A stretch of 39,194 bases of DNA, from IMG/VR virus record IMGVR_UViG_3300048576_000459, positions 1-39,194 of that record. One strand, 5' to 3'. Below are positions 26,546-35,433 of this stretch, in pieces (within the stretch, counting starts at the first letter, position 1; every line of letters begins with the position of its first letter). Both the position numbers and the translations under genes were made by a program. The notes beneath the pieces were generated by a model that saw nothing but the letters and a program-made list of their open reading frames with translations, was not told the origin of the DNA and made no database searches. This DNA is from a virus (taxonomy: Duplodnaviria > Caudoviricetes).

Positions 26546-27103
26546 TTAATCTTTTTTCTTTTTTATTGCTATCGGTTTTACTATTTCCACAATAGAATCT
26601 GTTACAATATTCTTCATTTCTTCACTATTTACTGAAGCTTCCTCTACCTTTTCGACTACTCTATCTACATTGCTAGATGTTTCTTGTATTACTTTATTAA
26701 TTTGACGTTCTGTTTTTTCTGCAATCTCATGTGCTTTCCTTTCAAAATTGCTATTTACCTCTAAGAGTAATTTTGTATTATCTATAAGTACATTACCTAA
26801 ACATTCAGATAAATTTATATCTTTCATAATACTTTCTAATTGCTTTAGCTCCATAACCTTAGTTTTAATTGCTGCTTGTAAACCTACAGTAAATATTTCT
26901 TTTGCTATTCTATGGCTTTCATTGCCAACTGAAAAAGGTATTATGCTACTTAGCCATGATGACGAAAACTTAATATCTCCATCTTCTATATATACATAAT
27001 TAGCATCTCGGCTTTCTTCCATACTATCTATTCTTACAGCAAATAATGGTTTGCCATTCCTCGCAATCATTATTTCTCTAGTTCTAAATTCATTATTCTT
27101 CAT
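26546..27103 (-). CDS. Hypothetical protein
   Basis: AGGAGG RBS; operon packing. Confidence 0.7.
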   Translation of the reverse strand: MKNNEFRTREIMIARNGKPLFAVRIDSMEESRDANYVYIEDGDIKFSSSWLSSIIPFSVGNESHRIAKEIFTVGLQAAIKTKVMELKQLESIMKDINLSECLGNVLIDNTKLLLEVNSNFERKAHEIAEKTERQINKVIQETSSNVDRVVEKVEEASVNSEEMKNIVTDSIVEIVKPIAIKKKKD

Positions 27104-27482
27104 TTTGCATCCTCCTGATTTCTCCTTCTATCTTCCCAGTATTAATATTAATCGTTGCACATACTGTTACATCTTCATTTGAAGCATAATCTACACCTAT
27201 CATTTCACTCGATGTTGTACCGAATTCAATATGTTTTCCTATTACTGCTTCTAATAAATCTTCCATATCATCAACTAAAACTGTTTTTATATGAGGACTC
27301 CTTAGTGGCAACTCTCTTAATGTTATTGGAAAAGGTATATCTAGTAACAGAAATTTAGCAACATCTACAATAACTTTTGCTCTTTCTCTATCTCTGCAAA
27401 CAATATAGAGCCATTCCTTATTAGATAATTTAACTAATTCTGTTGTTTTACCTTTGCCTCTATCTATTCTTAATATTTTCAT
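27093..27482 (-). CDS. Small P-loop-like protein
   Basis: RGKGKTT (Walker A-like) and VLVDD (Walker B-like). Confidence 0.6.
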   Translation of the reverse strand: MKILRIDRGKGKTTELVKLSNKEWLYIVCRDRERAKVIVDVAKFLLLDIPFPITLRELPLRSPHIKTVLVDDMEDLLEAVIGKHIEFGTTSSEMIGVDYASNEDVTVCATININTGKIEGEIRRMQNEE

Positions 27483-27497
27483 TTCTATACCCTCCCT

Positions 27498-27896
27498 TTA
27501 CATCACCAGTTCTTTTAAATCTTGGTTTTGATATACAGTACCAATAATTCTATCTACTGCAGTTTCTGAAAACAAAGGTACTGCTCTTTGCTCCTTATGG
27601 TTTACAATCCACCATGCACATTCAAAAGACTCAACTACTCCTATTATTTCCTCATCTTCTATATCTCCTGCTTTTCTCTCTACAATAAAATTTTGATATA
27701 TTTCTTTGCCATCTATATCATTTTTATTTGTATATTGAATTGGTATTAGGTGAGTATTTTCTGCTGTTCCTTCTAAATCTCCATGCTTATCAAAAGATTG
27801 TATTGTTCCATCTGCTATAGCTATAGAACAATTTATATAACTAACTATTTGGCCCTTCTTGCTGTCATATAATTTAAATTTTAGTTTATATCCCAT
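27498..27896 (-). CDS. YopX-family protein
   Basis: LKFKLYD, IQYTNKNDIDGKEIYQNFIV and IIGTVYQN motifs; GAGGAG RBS favours the start at 27896. Confidence 0.85.
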   Translation of the reverse strand: MGYKLKFKLYDSKKGQIVSYINCSIAIADGTIQSFDKHGDLEGTAENTHLIPIQYTNKNDIDGKEIYQNFIVERKAGDIEDEEIIGVVESFECAWWIVNHKEQRAVPLFSETAVDRIIGTVYQNQDLKELVM

Positions 27897-27900
27897 ACTT

Positions 27901-28188
27901 TCACTCCTCATCTTCTTGATATATAATCTTTTTTCCTTGTATTTTCGCATATTCATGTTCTACCTTAGCGCCTTTGCTATCTTTCCAATTATTAAGCATA
28001 AAAACTGTGTCACACGCTTCTAGCATTGCTAAACATATTGGCATATATGTTTCATAATTAAATCCTTCTCCTAAGACTGCTGGATTCATCACAACATTGC
28101 CCTCTTCTACAAGTTCTTTTTCTGCTTCTTTAAAAATTTCTCTATAATTCTTAAATCCATTTATCTTACCTGCTATATAAACTTTCAT
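27901..28188 (-). CDS. DUF4406 / nucleoside deoxyribosyltransferase-like protein
   Basis: KVYIAGKING, VMNPA and CDTVFML..W..SKGAKVEHEYA motifs. Confidence 0.88.
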   Translation of the reverse strand: MKVYIAGKINGFKNYREIFKEAEKELVEEGNVVMNPAVLGEGFNYETYMPICLAMLEACDTVFMLNNWKDSKGAKVEHEYAKIQGKKIIYQEDEE

Positions 28189-28192
28189 TGTT

Positions 28193-28354
28193 TTATTCCT
28201 TTCTTAATTGTCCTACAATCTTAACAGTAGTTGGATTATTTATTACACCAAGTAATTGAGTTTTTCCGCAATTACTACACTTATGTTCAAATACTTTATT
28301 TTTATTTTTAGTAGGATACATAACTCCTTGTTTGCAATCTAAACATATATACAT
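28193..28354 (-). CDS. Unannotated 53-aa zinc-ribbon protein
   Basis: Hand translation MYICLDCKQGVMYPTKNKNKVFEHKCSNCGKTQLLGVINNPTTVKIVGQLRKE; two CxxC motifs; AAGGAG RBS. Confidence 0.8.
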   Translation of the reverse strand: MYICLDCKQGVMYPTKNKNKVFEHKCSNCGKTQLLGVINNPTTVKIVGQLRKE

Positions 28355-28384
28355 ATTTTTCACTCCTTATTTTAGTATTACGAA

Positions 28385-28588
28385 TTACCTGTTCCTTTTA
28401 ATTGGTTCATTTTTCCACCATCTTTTATTTATGCATTCACTCTCTAACCATTTAATCGTCCCTGTCTCTTTAACTTCTTTCTGAAACTCTCTTACTTCTT
28501 TCCTTGGATGGTTAGGAAATTCAAGAAGCAAAGCTAAAGAATCCACTGCTCTTTCTTTTGTCCCAAAATAAACTTCATAATTTGTCAT
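28385..28588 (-). CDS. Hypothetical protein
   Basis: GAGGA RBS; MTNYE...WLESE pattern common in phage early genes. Confidence 0.7.
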   Translation of the reverse strand: MTNYEVYFGTKERAVDSLALLLEFPNHPRKEVREFQKEVKETGTIKWLESECINKRWWKNEPIKRNR

Positions 28589-28781
28589 TGTTGCTCTTCC
28601 TCACTTTCTTACTTCTTCTCTTTAAAGCTAATTCATCTACTGGCCTATTTAATTCTTTTCTAAAACTTAAATACTCTTTAACAGAATAAAAAACTATTTT
28701 AAATATATTTGAGTATTTCTTACTACCTTTTCCATTCCCAGTACTGTAATATCTTAAATTACAACTTATATAATCAAGCAT
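28575..28781 (-). CDS. Hypothetical protein
   Basis: GAGGT RBS; overlaps both neighbours. Confidence 0.6.
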   Translation of the reverse strand: MLDYISCNLRYYSTGNGKGSKKYSNIFKIVFYSVKEYLSFRKELNRPVDELALKRRSKKVRKSNNDKL

Positions 28782-29376
28782 CTAACCTACCTCGCTTCTG
28801 AAAAATCCATAAATAACTATGAGTTTTTCTCGCATGTTGCTGCTTATATGTTGGTTTTGGATTCTTTTCATTTACCAGGATAAATAAATCTTTTGGATAC
28901 AATCCTAATTCCAAAGCTATATTAAATATCTCTATATGACTCCATCTTTGCTTGCATCCACATATTTCATCCTGGCACTTACAAAGAATATAACCATCTT
29001 CCTTAGTTATCCTTACAAGTTCCTTTAAGCCATCCTCATAGAGTTTTATTATGTCTTCATGGCTTGTAAATCTAGTTGTGTTATAGCAATCAACCATACC
29101 TTTTAAATTAGTTATCCTTGCATATGGTGGATCTATTACACTGTGGTTAAAAGAACTATCTTCATAAGGTAGCTTTCTAAAATCTGTACCAGTTTTTAAG
29201 TCAGTTCCAATTACATAATATTTGCTCAAGTCAATTTCTCTCCAAAATGCACCTTTACCATAAGTTACATCTGCAATTTTATCTCCTTGTTTAAAATATA
29301 ACTTGGCTACATTTTCAATCAATCCTGAATTATTACCTTTACAAACTGTATAAATTGGAGTATCTAATTGCTCCAT
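28774..29376 (-). CDS. Orphan amino-DNA methyltransferase (N6-A/N4-C)
   Basis: SAM-binding motif ADVTYGKG followed by catalytic DPPY; AGGAGGTG RBS. Confidence 0.82.
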   Translation of the reverse strand: MEQLDTPIYTVCKGNNSGLIENVAKLYFKQGDKIADVTYGKGAFWREIDLSKYYVIGTDLKTGTDFRKLPYEDSSFNHSVIDPPYARITNLKGMVDCYNTTRFTSHEDIIKLYEDGLKELVRITKEDGYILCKCQDEICGCKQRWSHIEIFNIALELGLYPKDLFILVNEKNPKPTYKQQHARKTHSYLWIFQKRGRLDA

Positions 29377-29399
29377 GTCCTCACCTCCTGGTTTTGTAA

Positions 29400-29990
29400 T
29401 TAGTCCATCTTATCAAAACTTATTACTTGGTATCCCTTACTTTTCAATGCAAACATAAAGTGATTTCTTGCAACAGTTCTTTTATTAGCTTGTCCTGTAT
29501 TTATTGATATAAAATATCCTGTGCCTATCCAGTTCCTTTTACCTTCACTCAATAATCCTGCTTTTTTAATAGCTTCAACTACTTTTTCTTCATTCCATCT
29601 TTTTAAAATTAAGAATGTTGAATCTAAATTTGCAGTTCCACCATCACGTATACTCTCTACAAATTCAATAGCTGCTTCTTTTGCTTCCTTAAGATCTAGT
29701 GTAAGTTTCTCATATTTATCTAATTTCTTGTCCTTAACTTTAACTATGGCCTGTACATCATTTATATAAATTATTGGTATCTCCCTCATGTATTTGCTCT
29801 CTCCCATCTTTAGTGCTATTATTCCGCTCTTTAGCTTTTTACTTGATATATCTGCTATTATCCCTCTACTTTCATGTTCTACTTTATTTAACACACTATG
29901 CTTTATAAGTACCTCTTCACCTATCTTAAAATCTTTTATGCTGTATTTACTCATATTTTTACTAATGAGAGTGTATTGTAAACCTCCCAT
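29400..29990 (-). CDS. Hypothetical protein
   Basis: GAGGAGG RBS; 196 aa in the early operon. Confidence 0.75.
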   Translation of the reverse strand: MGGLQYTLISKNMSKYSIKDFKIGEEVLIKHSVLNKVEHESRGIIADISSKKLKSGIIALKMGESKYMREIPIIYINDVQAIVKVKDKKLDKYEKLTLDLKEAKEAAIEFVESIRDGGTANLDSTFLILKRWNEEKVVEAIKKAGLLSEGKRNWIGTGYFISINTGQANKRTVARNHFMFALKSKGYQVISFDKMD

Positions 29991-30085
29991 TAAATCCTCC
30001 TCTCTAAATCTTTAATGTATAGTTCAGTTCTAAACTGGATATAATATTAGTAATTTAATATTATAAAGACTGGAGGTTGATCCAG

Positions 30086-30169
30086 GTGAAAAGAATTGGT
30101 TTTAGGATTATTGCAATTTTGCTTGCAGTAATGTTCATTGTCCTTACTATTTTTTTCAGAATTTATTAA
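30086..30169 (+). CDS. Unannotated 27-aa single-TM peptide MKRIGFRIIAILLAVMFIVLTIFFRIY
   Basis: Hand translation; GGAGGT RBS, GTG start, TATAAT at 30040-30045; opposite strand to the early operon. Confidence 0.6.
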   Translation: MKRIGFRIIAILLAVMFIVLTIFFRIY

Positions 30170-30316
30170 TTACACTATTCTGAAATTAACCAATTACTAT
30201 TTACTTTGTATAGCAGTTATTTGCTATACATCTTAGAGAATTAACATAAATAAAAAGTTATTGACTCTCTAAGTGGATCAACCTTTTAATATATTTCACA
30301 CTCATACCGTCTAAAT

Positions 30317-30790
30317 TTAATCCTCTACAAATCCATCCCACTTTAACTTTCCCCAATTACTTATGTTCCTGTAAAATGTATCTAGTCTATAAGACACCTC
30401 TTCTTTGGGTATAGCTAATGCATATGGTAATGCTCTTCTATCTCTATATTCACTTCCATAATATTTTTCTACTAACCTATAACAATCTTGTCTATTAACT
30501 AATTGAATATGCTTTTTTATTACATATTCATATCCATAATGGTAATAATTCAAGTTTGTCATTCCCTTATTTTCCCTAACTTCAGAATGTAGGCCTATTT
30601 CATGTTTAAATATTCTTATATTGTCTTCATTCTCCAGGGCATACCATTCGTAATACCCTGGATATTTTTCTGTTAGTTCTGTATGTGGTATGTCCTCAAG
30701 GTTTATGTGTTCATTTCTAGTTTTTAATATACTTTCTATAGTTTCTTCCTCCAAGCTCTCCATATCTTTAAATAGAAAATAGAAAAACAT
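30317..30790 (-). CDS. Hypothetical protein
   Basis: 157-aa ORF packed behind DUF3102. Confidence 0.7.
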   Translation of the reverse strand: MFFYFLFKDMESLEEETIESILKTRNEHINLEDIPHTELTEKYPGYYEWYALENEDNIRIFKHEIGLHSEVRENKGMTNLNYYHYGYEYVIKKHIQLVNRQDCYRLVEKYYGSEYRDRRALPYALAIPKEEVSYRLDTFYRNISNWGKLKWDGFVED

Positions 30791-30795
30791 TTTCT

Positions 30796-31776
30796 TTACA
30801 GCCTTTCCAACATCACATTTATAAACTTTTTAGTAGCATTTTTATATTTTTCTCTTTCTTCTTCAAGTTTTATTTGTCCAATTGATCCTATTAGCTTGTC
30901 AAAATAATCTACTAATGCGTTAAAATAAATTGCATATCTTATTGTTGCATCGTCTACATCTACTTCTTCACTTTCTTTTAGTTTTATCTCTAATTCCTCT
31001 TTTTCCTTGTTAAGCTTATCTAATTCGGATTGCTTTTCCATATTTAGCTTGTCCAATTCAGCTTGCTTTTCTTCCTTAAGTCTTTCTATTTCCTCTTCTA
31101 GTTCTTTATTAGGTTCAGCTACTCCAGTAACTTCTATTGGCCTATCCTCTAATTCTTTAATCTTTTTCTCGTAATCTTTGGATGTTTTTTCGTATTCTTT
31201 TACCTTCAACTCATATTCCTTAGCTTCTGCCTTTGCCCGGAAAGCCTCAGAATTTTTAGTTGCTGCATCTTTCTTAAGCTTTTCTATTATTTCTTTACTT
31301 TTCTCTGCCATAGTTTCTCTTTCTTTTAGTTTTATCTCTACCTCTTCTCTTGCTTCTTTTTCTTTTTTTAAATCCTCTATTGCCTTTTTTAATTCCCTAG
31401 AAGACATATCCTCTACATTGTTTTCTTTTATAAATTCTTCTCTATCCTCTGAAGGTATTCCTAAAAGTGCTATTGCTTGTGTATAACTTAATTCTCCAAA
31501 CGCTTGGCATTTTGCATTGTCTCCTAAAAGACTTAGCTGGTCTGCTCCATATTCTTCAAATATCTTCATGAAGTTATTTGCTGTTGATTTTTTATAATCT
31601 ACCGATACCTCTAACCAATTCCCCCACTCTCCATGTGGCACTAGTTCTTTTGCTTCTGTTAACTTCCTGCCTATCTCAATAACGCTATATAGAACTTGTC
31701 TTCTAGTCTGCTCCTTGATGTGATTTATCTCTGCTGCTATTACCTCTGGTGTTCTTGATAATGCTAATCCTTCCAT
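30796..31776 (-). CDS. DUF3102-domain coiled-coil protein
   Basis: IEIGRKLTEAKELVPHGEWGNWL...STANNFMKIF and LSYTQAIALL motifs. Confidence 0.9.
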   Translation of the reverse strand: MEGLALSRTPEVIAAEINHIKEQTRRQVLYSVIEIGRKLTEAKELVPHGEWGNWLEVSVDYKKSTANNFMKIFEEYGADQLSLLGDNAKCQAFGELSYTQAIALLGIPSEDREEFIKENNVEDMSSRELKKAIEDLKKEKEAREEVEIKLKERETMAEKSKEIIEKLKKDAATKNSEAFRAKAEAKEYELKVKEYEKTSKDYEKKIKELEDRPIEVTGVAEPNKELEEEIERLKEEKQAELDKLNMEKQSELDKLNKEKEELEIKLKESEEVDVDDATIRYAIYFNALVDYFDKLIGSIGQIKLEEEREKYKNATKKFINVMLERL

Positions 31777-31788
31777 CTCTTAATCCCC

Positions 31789-33408
31789 CTATGCTACCTT
31801 TTTAGATTTTTTCTTAGACTTATTTAAAATTGCTTTTTTATACTCTTCTATAAATTCCAATACTTCTTGTTTGGGCCTTGTATCATGTATCCCATATGCT
31901 TGTTTAACCTCATTCCTTTTAACTTCTACTGTAACTAAAGGAATATTAGGTTTATCTATCTTTCTAACTACAAGTATTATTGTTTTACCTTCTGCATATG
32001 GCTCTAGATAATGAGTTGCTACACAATGGTCTAGCTTTTTGCCCTCCTCAATCAGTTCCTCTGAGCTTTCTGCCGCTCTAATTAGATAATCACCATATTT
32101 AAAGCTATACTTTTCTAACTTTTCTAACCTTGATTTTATTTTGTTATTTAATATTTTGCTTGCTGCTATTTTTATTTGTTTGACTATATTATCATGTGAT
32201 TTAAAAACATTTTTAGGAAATAGCACATGTTCATTCTTCATGTTCATCTCTAGCTTTTTACAGCCTTCCAAGTAATCCTTATAAGTTATTAATGTATCTA
32301 CATATTGCTTGTCTTTCCCATACTTTTCTTTTTGTTTATCCATGTATCTTGTGCATGCCTTTAAACTCGAATATTTAGATACTTTGAAAAAGTAGTCAGA
32401 ATGTCCTTCATATCTGTAGTTTACTTTTCTCACCTCTTCAGGAGTAAGTTTTGAATTATCAGCTATATTTATTTGATACAATTTCAAGAAAACTGGATAA
32501 CACTCTATTCCACTTTCCTTTATTGCTTTTACTTCTGCTCTATTTAATTTTAGGAATTTGAATACATCTGTTTGTTTCCATCTAACAGTTCCTTGTAAAG
32601 AATAGCCATTTACCATGCTATTGGCTATTTTATCGAATCCCATCTTAATTAATCTTTCAATTATTGGATATTTATTATATACGTAAAAGAAATTAGTCAT
32701 ATCCTCTCCATAACCCATATATAATTTATATGGACTATATCTAAACCTTGTACCTTCTACAGCTCTATCAATACTATCAGTATCTACATAATCTCTATAA
32801 TTGCCATAGCCATCTTTATAGCTGCAACAACCATTTCTTTTACTCCATCCCGAAATTGCCCATTTAGTAAGCATAATACTTTTTCCTTGCTGAAAAATAT
32901 ATCTCGATAATTCTGTATACTGTGTTCTTACCTTTTTATAATCTCCACTATAATCCCTCTTAACAAAATATCCCCTTGCTACTAATACTTCAGGATCTAT
33001 TGGTGATTTATCATAAGTAATAAAAATGGCCCTATCATTCAAATTACTTCTTCTATACCTATCAAACTTAACCATACATTCGCTTCCACATTCTTCACAT
33101 GCTACAAAAGAATTATGCTTTATTGTATCTCCTACTTCTTCCACATTAACTTCATATTCTTTTTTGCAGTGAGTACAATATGCAAAATATCTCTTTTGTT
33201 TCTGTTCTCTACCATTCAGATACATTTTGTATATCTCTTTTCTTATAAAAATATACCTGCTACTTTTTAATGCTGTATTTATAACAAACTCTTCCACTTC
33301 CTTAGATATTTCAGTTCTGAAATGCTCTAACAGTTTTTCTATTTCGGTTTTTTCTTTTTCACGCTTCTCATTTTTCTTAGCGTAGTATTCACACATCACT
33401 CTAATCAC
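31789..33408 (-). CDS. PcfJ-domain protein
   Basis: YKDYL, LFPKN...HD, ELIEEGKKLDHCV..Y and TVEV...QAYG motifs; N-terminal CxxC pairs. Confidence 0.9.
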   Translation of the reverse strand: MIRVMCEYYAKKNEKREKEKTEIEKLLEHFRTEISKEVEEFVINTALKSSRYIFIRKEIYKMYLNGREQKQKRYFAYCTHCKKEYEVNVEEVGDTIKHNSFVACEECGSECMVKFDRYRRSNLNDRAIFITYDKSPIDPEVLVARGYFVKRDYSGDYKKVRTQYTELSRYIFQQGKSIMLTKWAISGWSKRNGCCSYKDGYGNYRDYVDTDSIDRAVEGTRFRYSPYKLYMGYGEDMTNFFYVYNKYPIIERLIKMGFDKIANSMVNGYSLQGTVRWKQTDVFKFLKLNRAEVKAIKESGIECYPVFLKLYQINIADNSKLTPEEVRKVNYRYEGHSDYFFKVSKYSSLKACTRYMDKQKEKYGKDKQYVDTLITYKDYLEGCKKLEMNMKNEHVLFPKNVFKSHDNIVKQIKIAASKILNNKIKSRLEKLEKYSFKYGDYLIRAAESSEELIEEGKKLDHCVATHYLEPYAEGKTIILVVRKIDKPNIPLVTVEVKRNEVKQAYGIHDTRPKQEVLEFIEEYKKAILNKSKKKSKKVA

Positions 33409-33797
33409 TCCTCCTGTCCTAATAATTCTTTTAGATTTACGCTAAAATTTTTATGTTGAGTTATTGGCTCTTGTACTACTGGCTTAACCTCTTCCGCTTC
33501 TAACTTAAATATTTTATCTTGTACTGCTTCAAGTCCGTAATATTTTCTAACAAGCTTGTACACTTCTGCATCTTCCAATACTGCACAATTTCCAACAGCT
33601 TTTTTCCTTGCAACTTTCTCGACTTCTTTTAAACTCTTTTGTATTGTTTTTTCACCGCTTACTATTTTTTCTGCTGCATCTTTATTAATTTCTATTTGTT
33701 TTAATAGATAATTTCCAATCGCTTGGACATATGAATTTTTGCTTTTTGCCATTTCTGACTTTATTTTTTCTATTGCTTTTTCAATCATTTTTTCCAC
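33405..33797 (-). CDS. PcfK-like protein (AcrIIA9-related family)
   Basis: KTIQKSL...ARKKAVGNCAVLEDAEVYKLVRKYY; directly upstream of pcfJ. Confidence 0.75.
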   Translation of the reverse strand: MEKMIEKAIEKIKSEMAKSKNSYVQAIGNYLLKQIEINKDAAEKIVSGEKTIQKSLKEVEKVARKKAVGNCAVLEDAEVYKLVRKYYGLEAVQDKIFKLEAEEVKPVVQEPITQHKNFSVNLKELLGQEE

Positions 33798-33801
33798 CTC
33801 T

Positions 33802-34554
33802 TCAATTTAATTTCCGCATTTTTATATAAATATAAGTACCTGCATTTATTTCATTTACATCAACCTTGTAATTTGTATATGTGTATCCTGGATAAAGTTT
33901 TTCAAATACTTCCCTATCACCTTGGCACTTGCTTAACTCCCATGCCTTTCTATGTGAATATTTATAATCATTCACTTTTATTATTGGTTGCTTCAAATTT
34001 CTACTGCCTGACCATCTCTTTTTTCCTTTAGGATCTTTCATCATGTATTTTGCTAGTGCTTCATATCCAAATTCATCTGCTTTCAATCTATCTGCATTAG
34101 CTCTACCATGTCCCCACATTTTTTCTAACTCATCTCTATCTATTCCACCAGATATTACTACATGATGATGTATCCTTGTTCTGGTCCTTTTATCTTCTGT
34201 AGCTTCTTTATATTCCGTTACCACCATATATCTTAGTGGCTCTAATCCTTTTCTTTTTCTGCGTCTGCTTACTCTTGCAAAATAGTTCTTAAGTTTTCTC
34301 TTAGCCTCTTCTTCATCTTTTGGCAGGTTATTCTTATCGTATGTCAAATGAAGTGCTATATCTTCATCTGTAAAATTTTCATGCATCACTCTTACAAAAT
34401 GTTTCTTTGCATTCTTATCATTTAAGTTTTTTTGTTTATTTAGTGATACCTTTTTCTTCTTTCCTCTCTTCTGTTTTTGTTCTTGTTTTGTTATTGGATA
34501 GATTTCAACTTCCAAATACTTGCCACTATATATCCTCTTCTCTCTTATTGGCAT
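33802..34554 (-). CDS. HUH-superfamily rolling-circle Rep-like endonuclease
   Basis: Motif I LHLTY, motif II RIHHHVVI, motif III LAKYMMK in Rep order, followed by WSGSRNL. Confidence 0.8.
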   Translation of the reverse strand: MPIREKRIYSGKYLEVEIYPITKQEQKQKRGKKKKVSLNKQKNLNDKNAKKHFVRVMHENFTDEDIALHLTYDKNNLPKDEEEAKRKLKNYFARVSRRRKRKGLEPLRYMVVTEYKEATEDKRTRTRIHHHVVISGGIDRDELEKMWGHGRANADRLKADEFGYEALAKYMMKDPKGKKRWSGSRNLKQPIIKVNDYKYSHRKAWELSKCQGDREVFEKLYPGYTYTNYKVDVNEINAGTYIYIKMRKLN

Positions 34555-34639
34555 TTCTCTCTACTCCTATTCACCTTTAGTAATTCATCTTAGTTAATAT
34601 AGTTCTAAAGATAATACCTATTACAAGCCCGATAAAAGG

Positions 34640-34668
34640 TTGTTTTATAGCCATTTTTACGCTATAAT
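34640..34668 (+). promoter_or_regulatory. Antisense sigma-A promoter in the rep leader
   Basis: TTGTTT(34640-34645)-17 bp-TATAAT(34663-34668). Confidence 0.6.
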
Positions 34669-34674
34669 GAATAT

Positions 34675-34738
34675 GAGGTTTTTAATCAGGCTTCACACAC
34701 ATTGCAAGCTTTGGACGGGTTGCAATGTGTATTTTTTT
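34675..34738 (+). ncRNA. Candidate ~65-nt antisense (countertranscript-like) RNA
   Basis: Promoter upstream; perfect 11-bp stem ACACATTGCAA/TTGCAATGTGT around GCTTTGGACGGG, then ATTTTTTT; no RBS-linked ORF. Confidence 0.55.
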
Positions 34739-34763
34739 GTAATAGTTTCATTGATAACTGTTT

Positions 34764-35147
34764 TCAATAAAGTTTTCCTCCCATGCAAGCTCGAATAACT
34801 TTCTCTTTGTCAAATTTTCCATTCTTAGCTATTACAAGTTTTAGGAGCTTGTCCAGGTTCTTTCCTCCAAGTTTTAATGATTCCTGAATTTCTTCTCTAG
34901 TTAATTCTTTACTTTTTAATCTGTAATCTAGTTCTTCTTGGACCCTTAATTTAAGTTCTTTATCAAATTGCTTATTATGATGTGCTCCTGCTCTATGATC
35001 TCTATGGTGATAGTGGCATAAATAAATGAAATTAAACTCACTATCTTCTAATGGCTTGCACTCACTTTTGAAAATAATATGGTGTAGTTCTGCATAATTC
35101 GCACCACAAATTTGACAATAATGTATTTCTTTCATCCTTACCCCCAA
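34764..35147 (-). CDS. HNH-like zinc-binding nuclease
   Basis: CQIC...ELHHIIF...N..YLCHYHH...GAH. Confidence 0.75.
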   Translation of the reverse strand: MGVRMKEIHYCQICGANYAELHHIIFKSECKPLEDSEFNFIYLCHYHHRDHRAGAHHNKQFDKELKLRVQEELDYRLKSKELTREEIQESLKLGGKNLDKLLKLVIAKNGKFDKEKVIRACMGGKLY

Positions 35148-35422
35148 GCAAATAGTTTGCTATCATCTATCTGTATCTTTTCCCGTTTTCTCCCTTTAAA
35201 TAGTGTTTCTTTTTGTCCTTTCTTTGACTCCCTTTCTGCTACGTTTTCTTCTGCTGCCACTCTCATGTTTAAGTGCGCATTTTCTGAATAAATAACTCTT
35301 ACAGATGTTACTTTTAAATCAAATTTCTTTGCAGCTTCTTTAATCAATTCTTGTGGATCACTACCATAAAAATTTTCTTGTATATACTCTGCTGCTTTTG
35401 CTGTTCTAGTATTTCTAGCCAA
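35138..35422 (-). CDS. Hypothetical protein
   Basis: AGGAGGG RBS, TTG start. Confidence 0.72.
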   Translation of the reverse strand: MARNTRTAKAAEYIQENFYGSDPQELIKEAAKKFDLKVTSVRVIYSENAHLNMRVAAEENVAERESKKGQKETLFKGRKREKIQIDDSKLFAWG

Positions 35423-35433
35423 ATCAATCCCTC

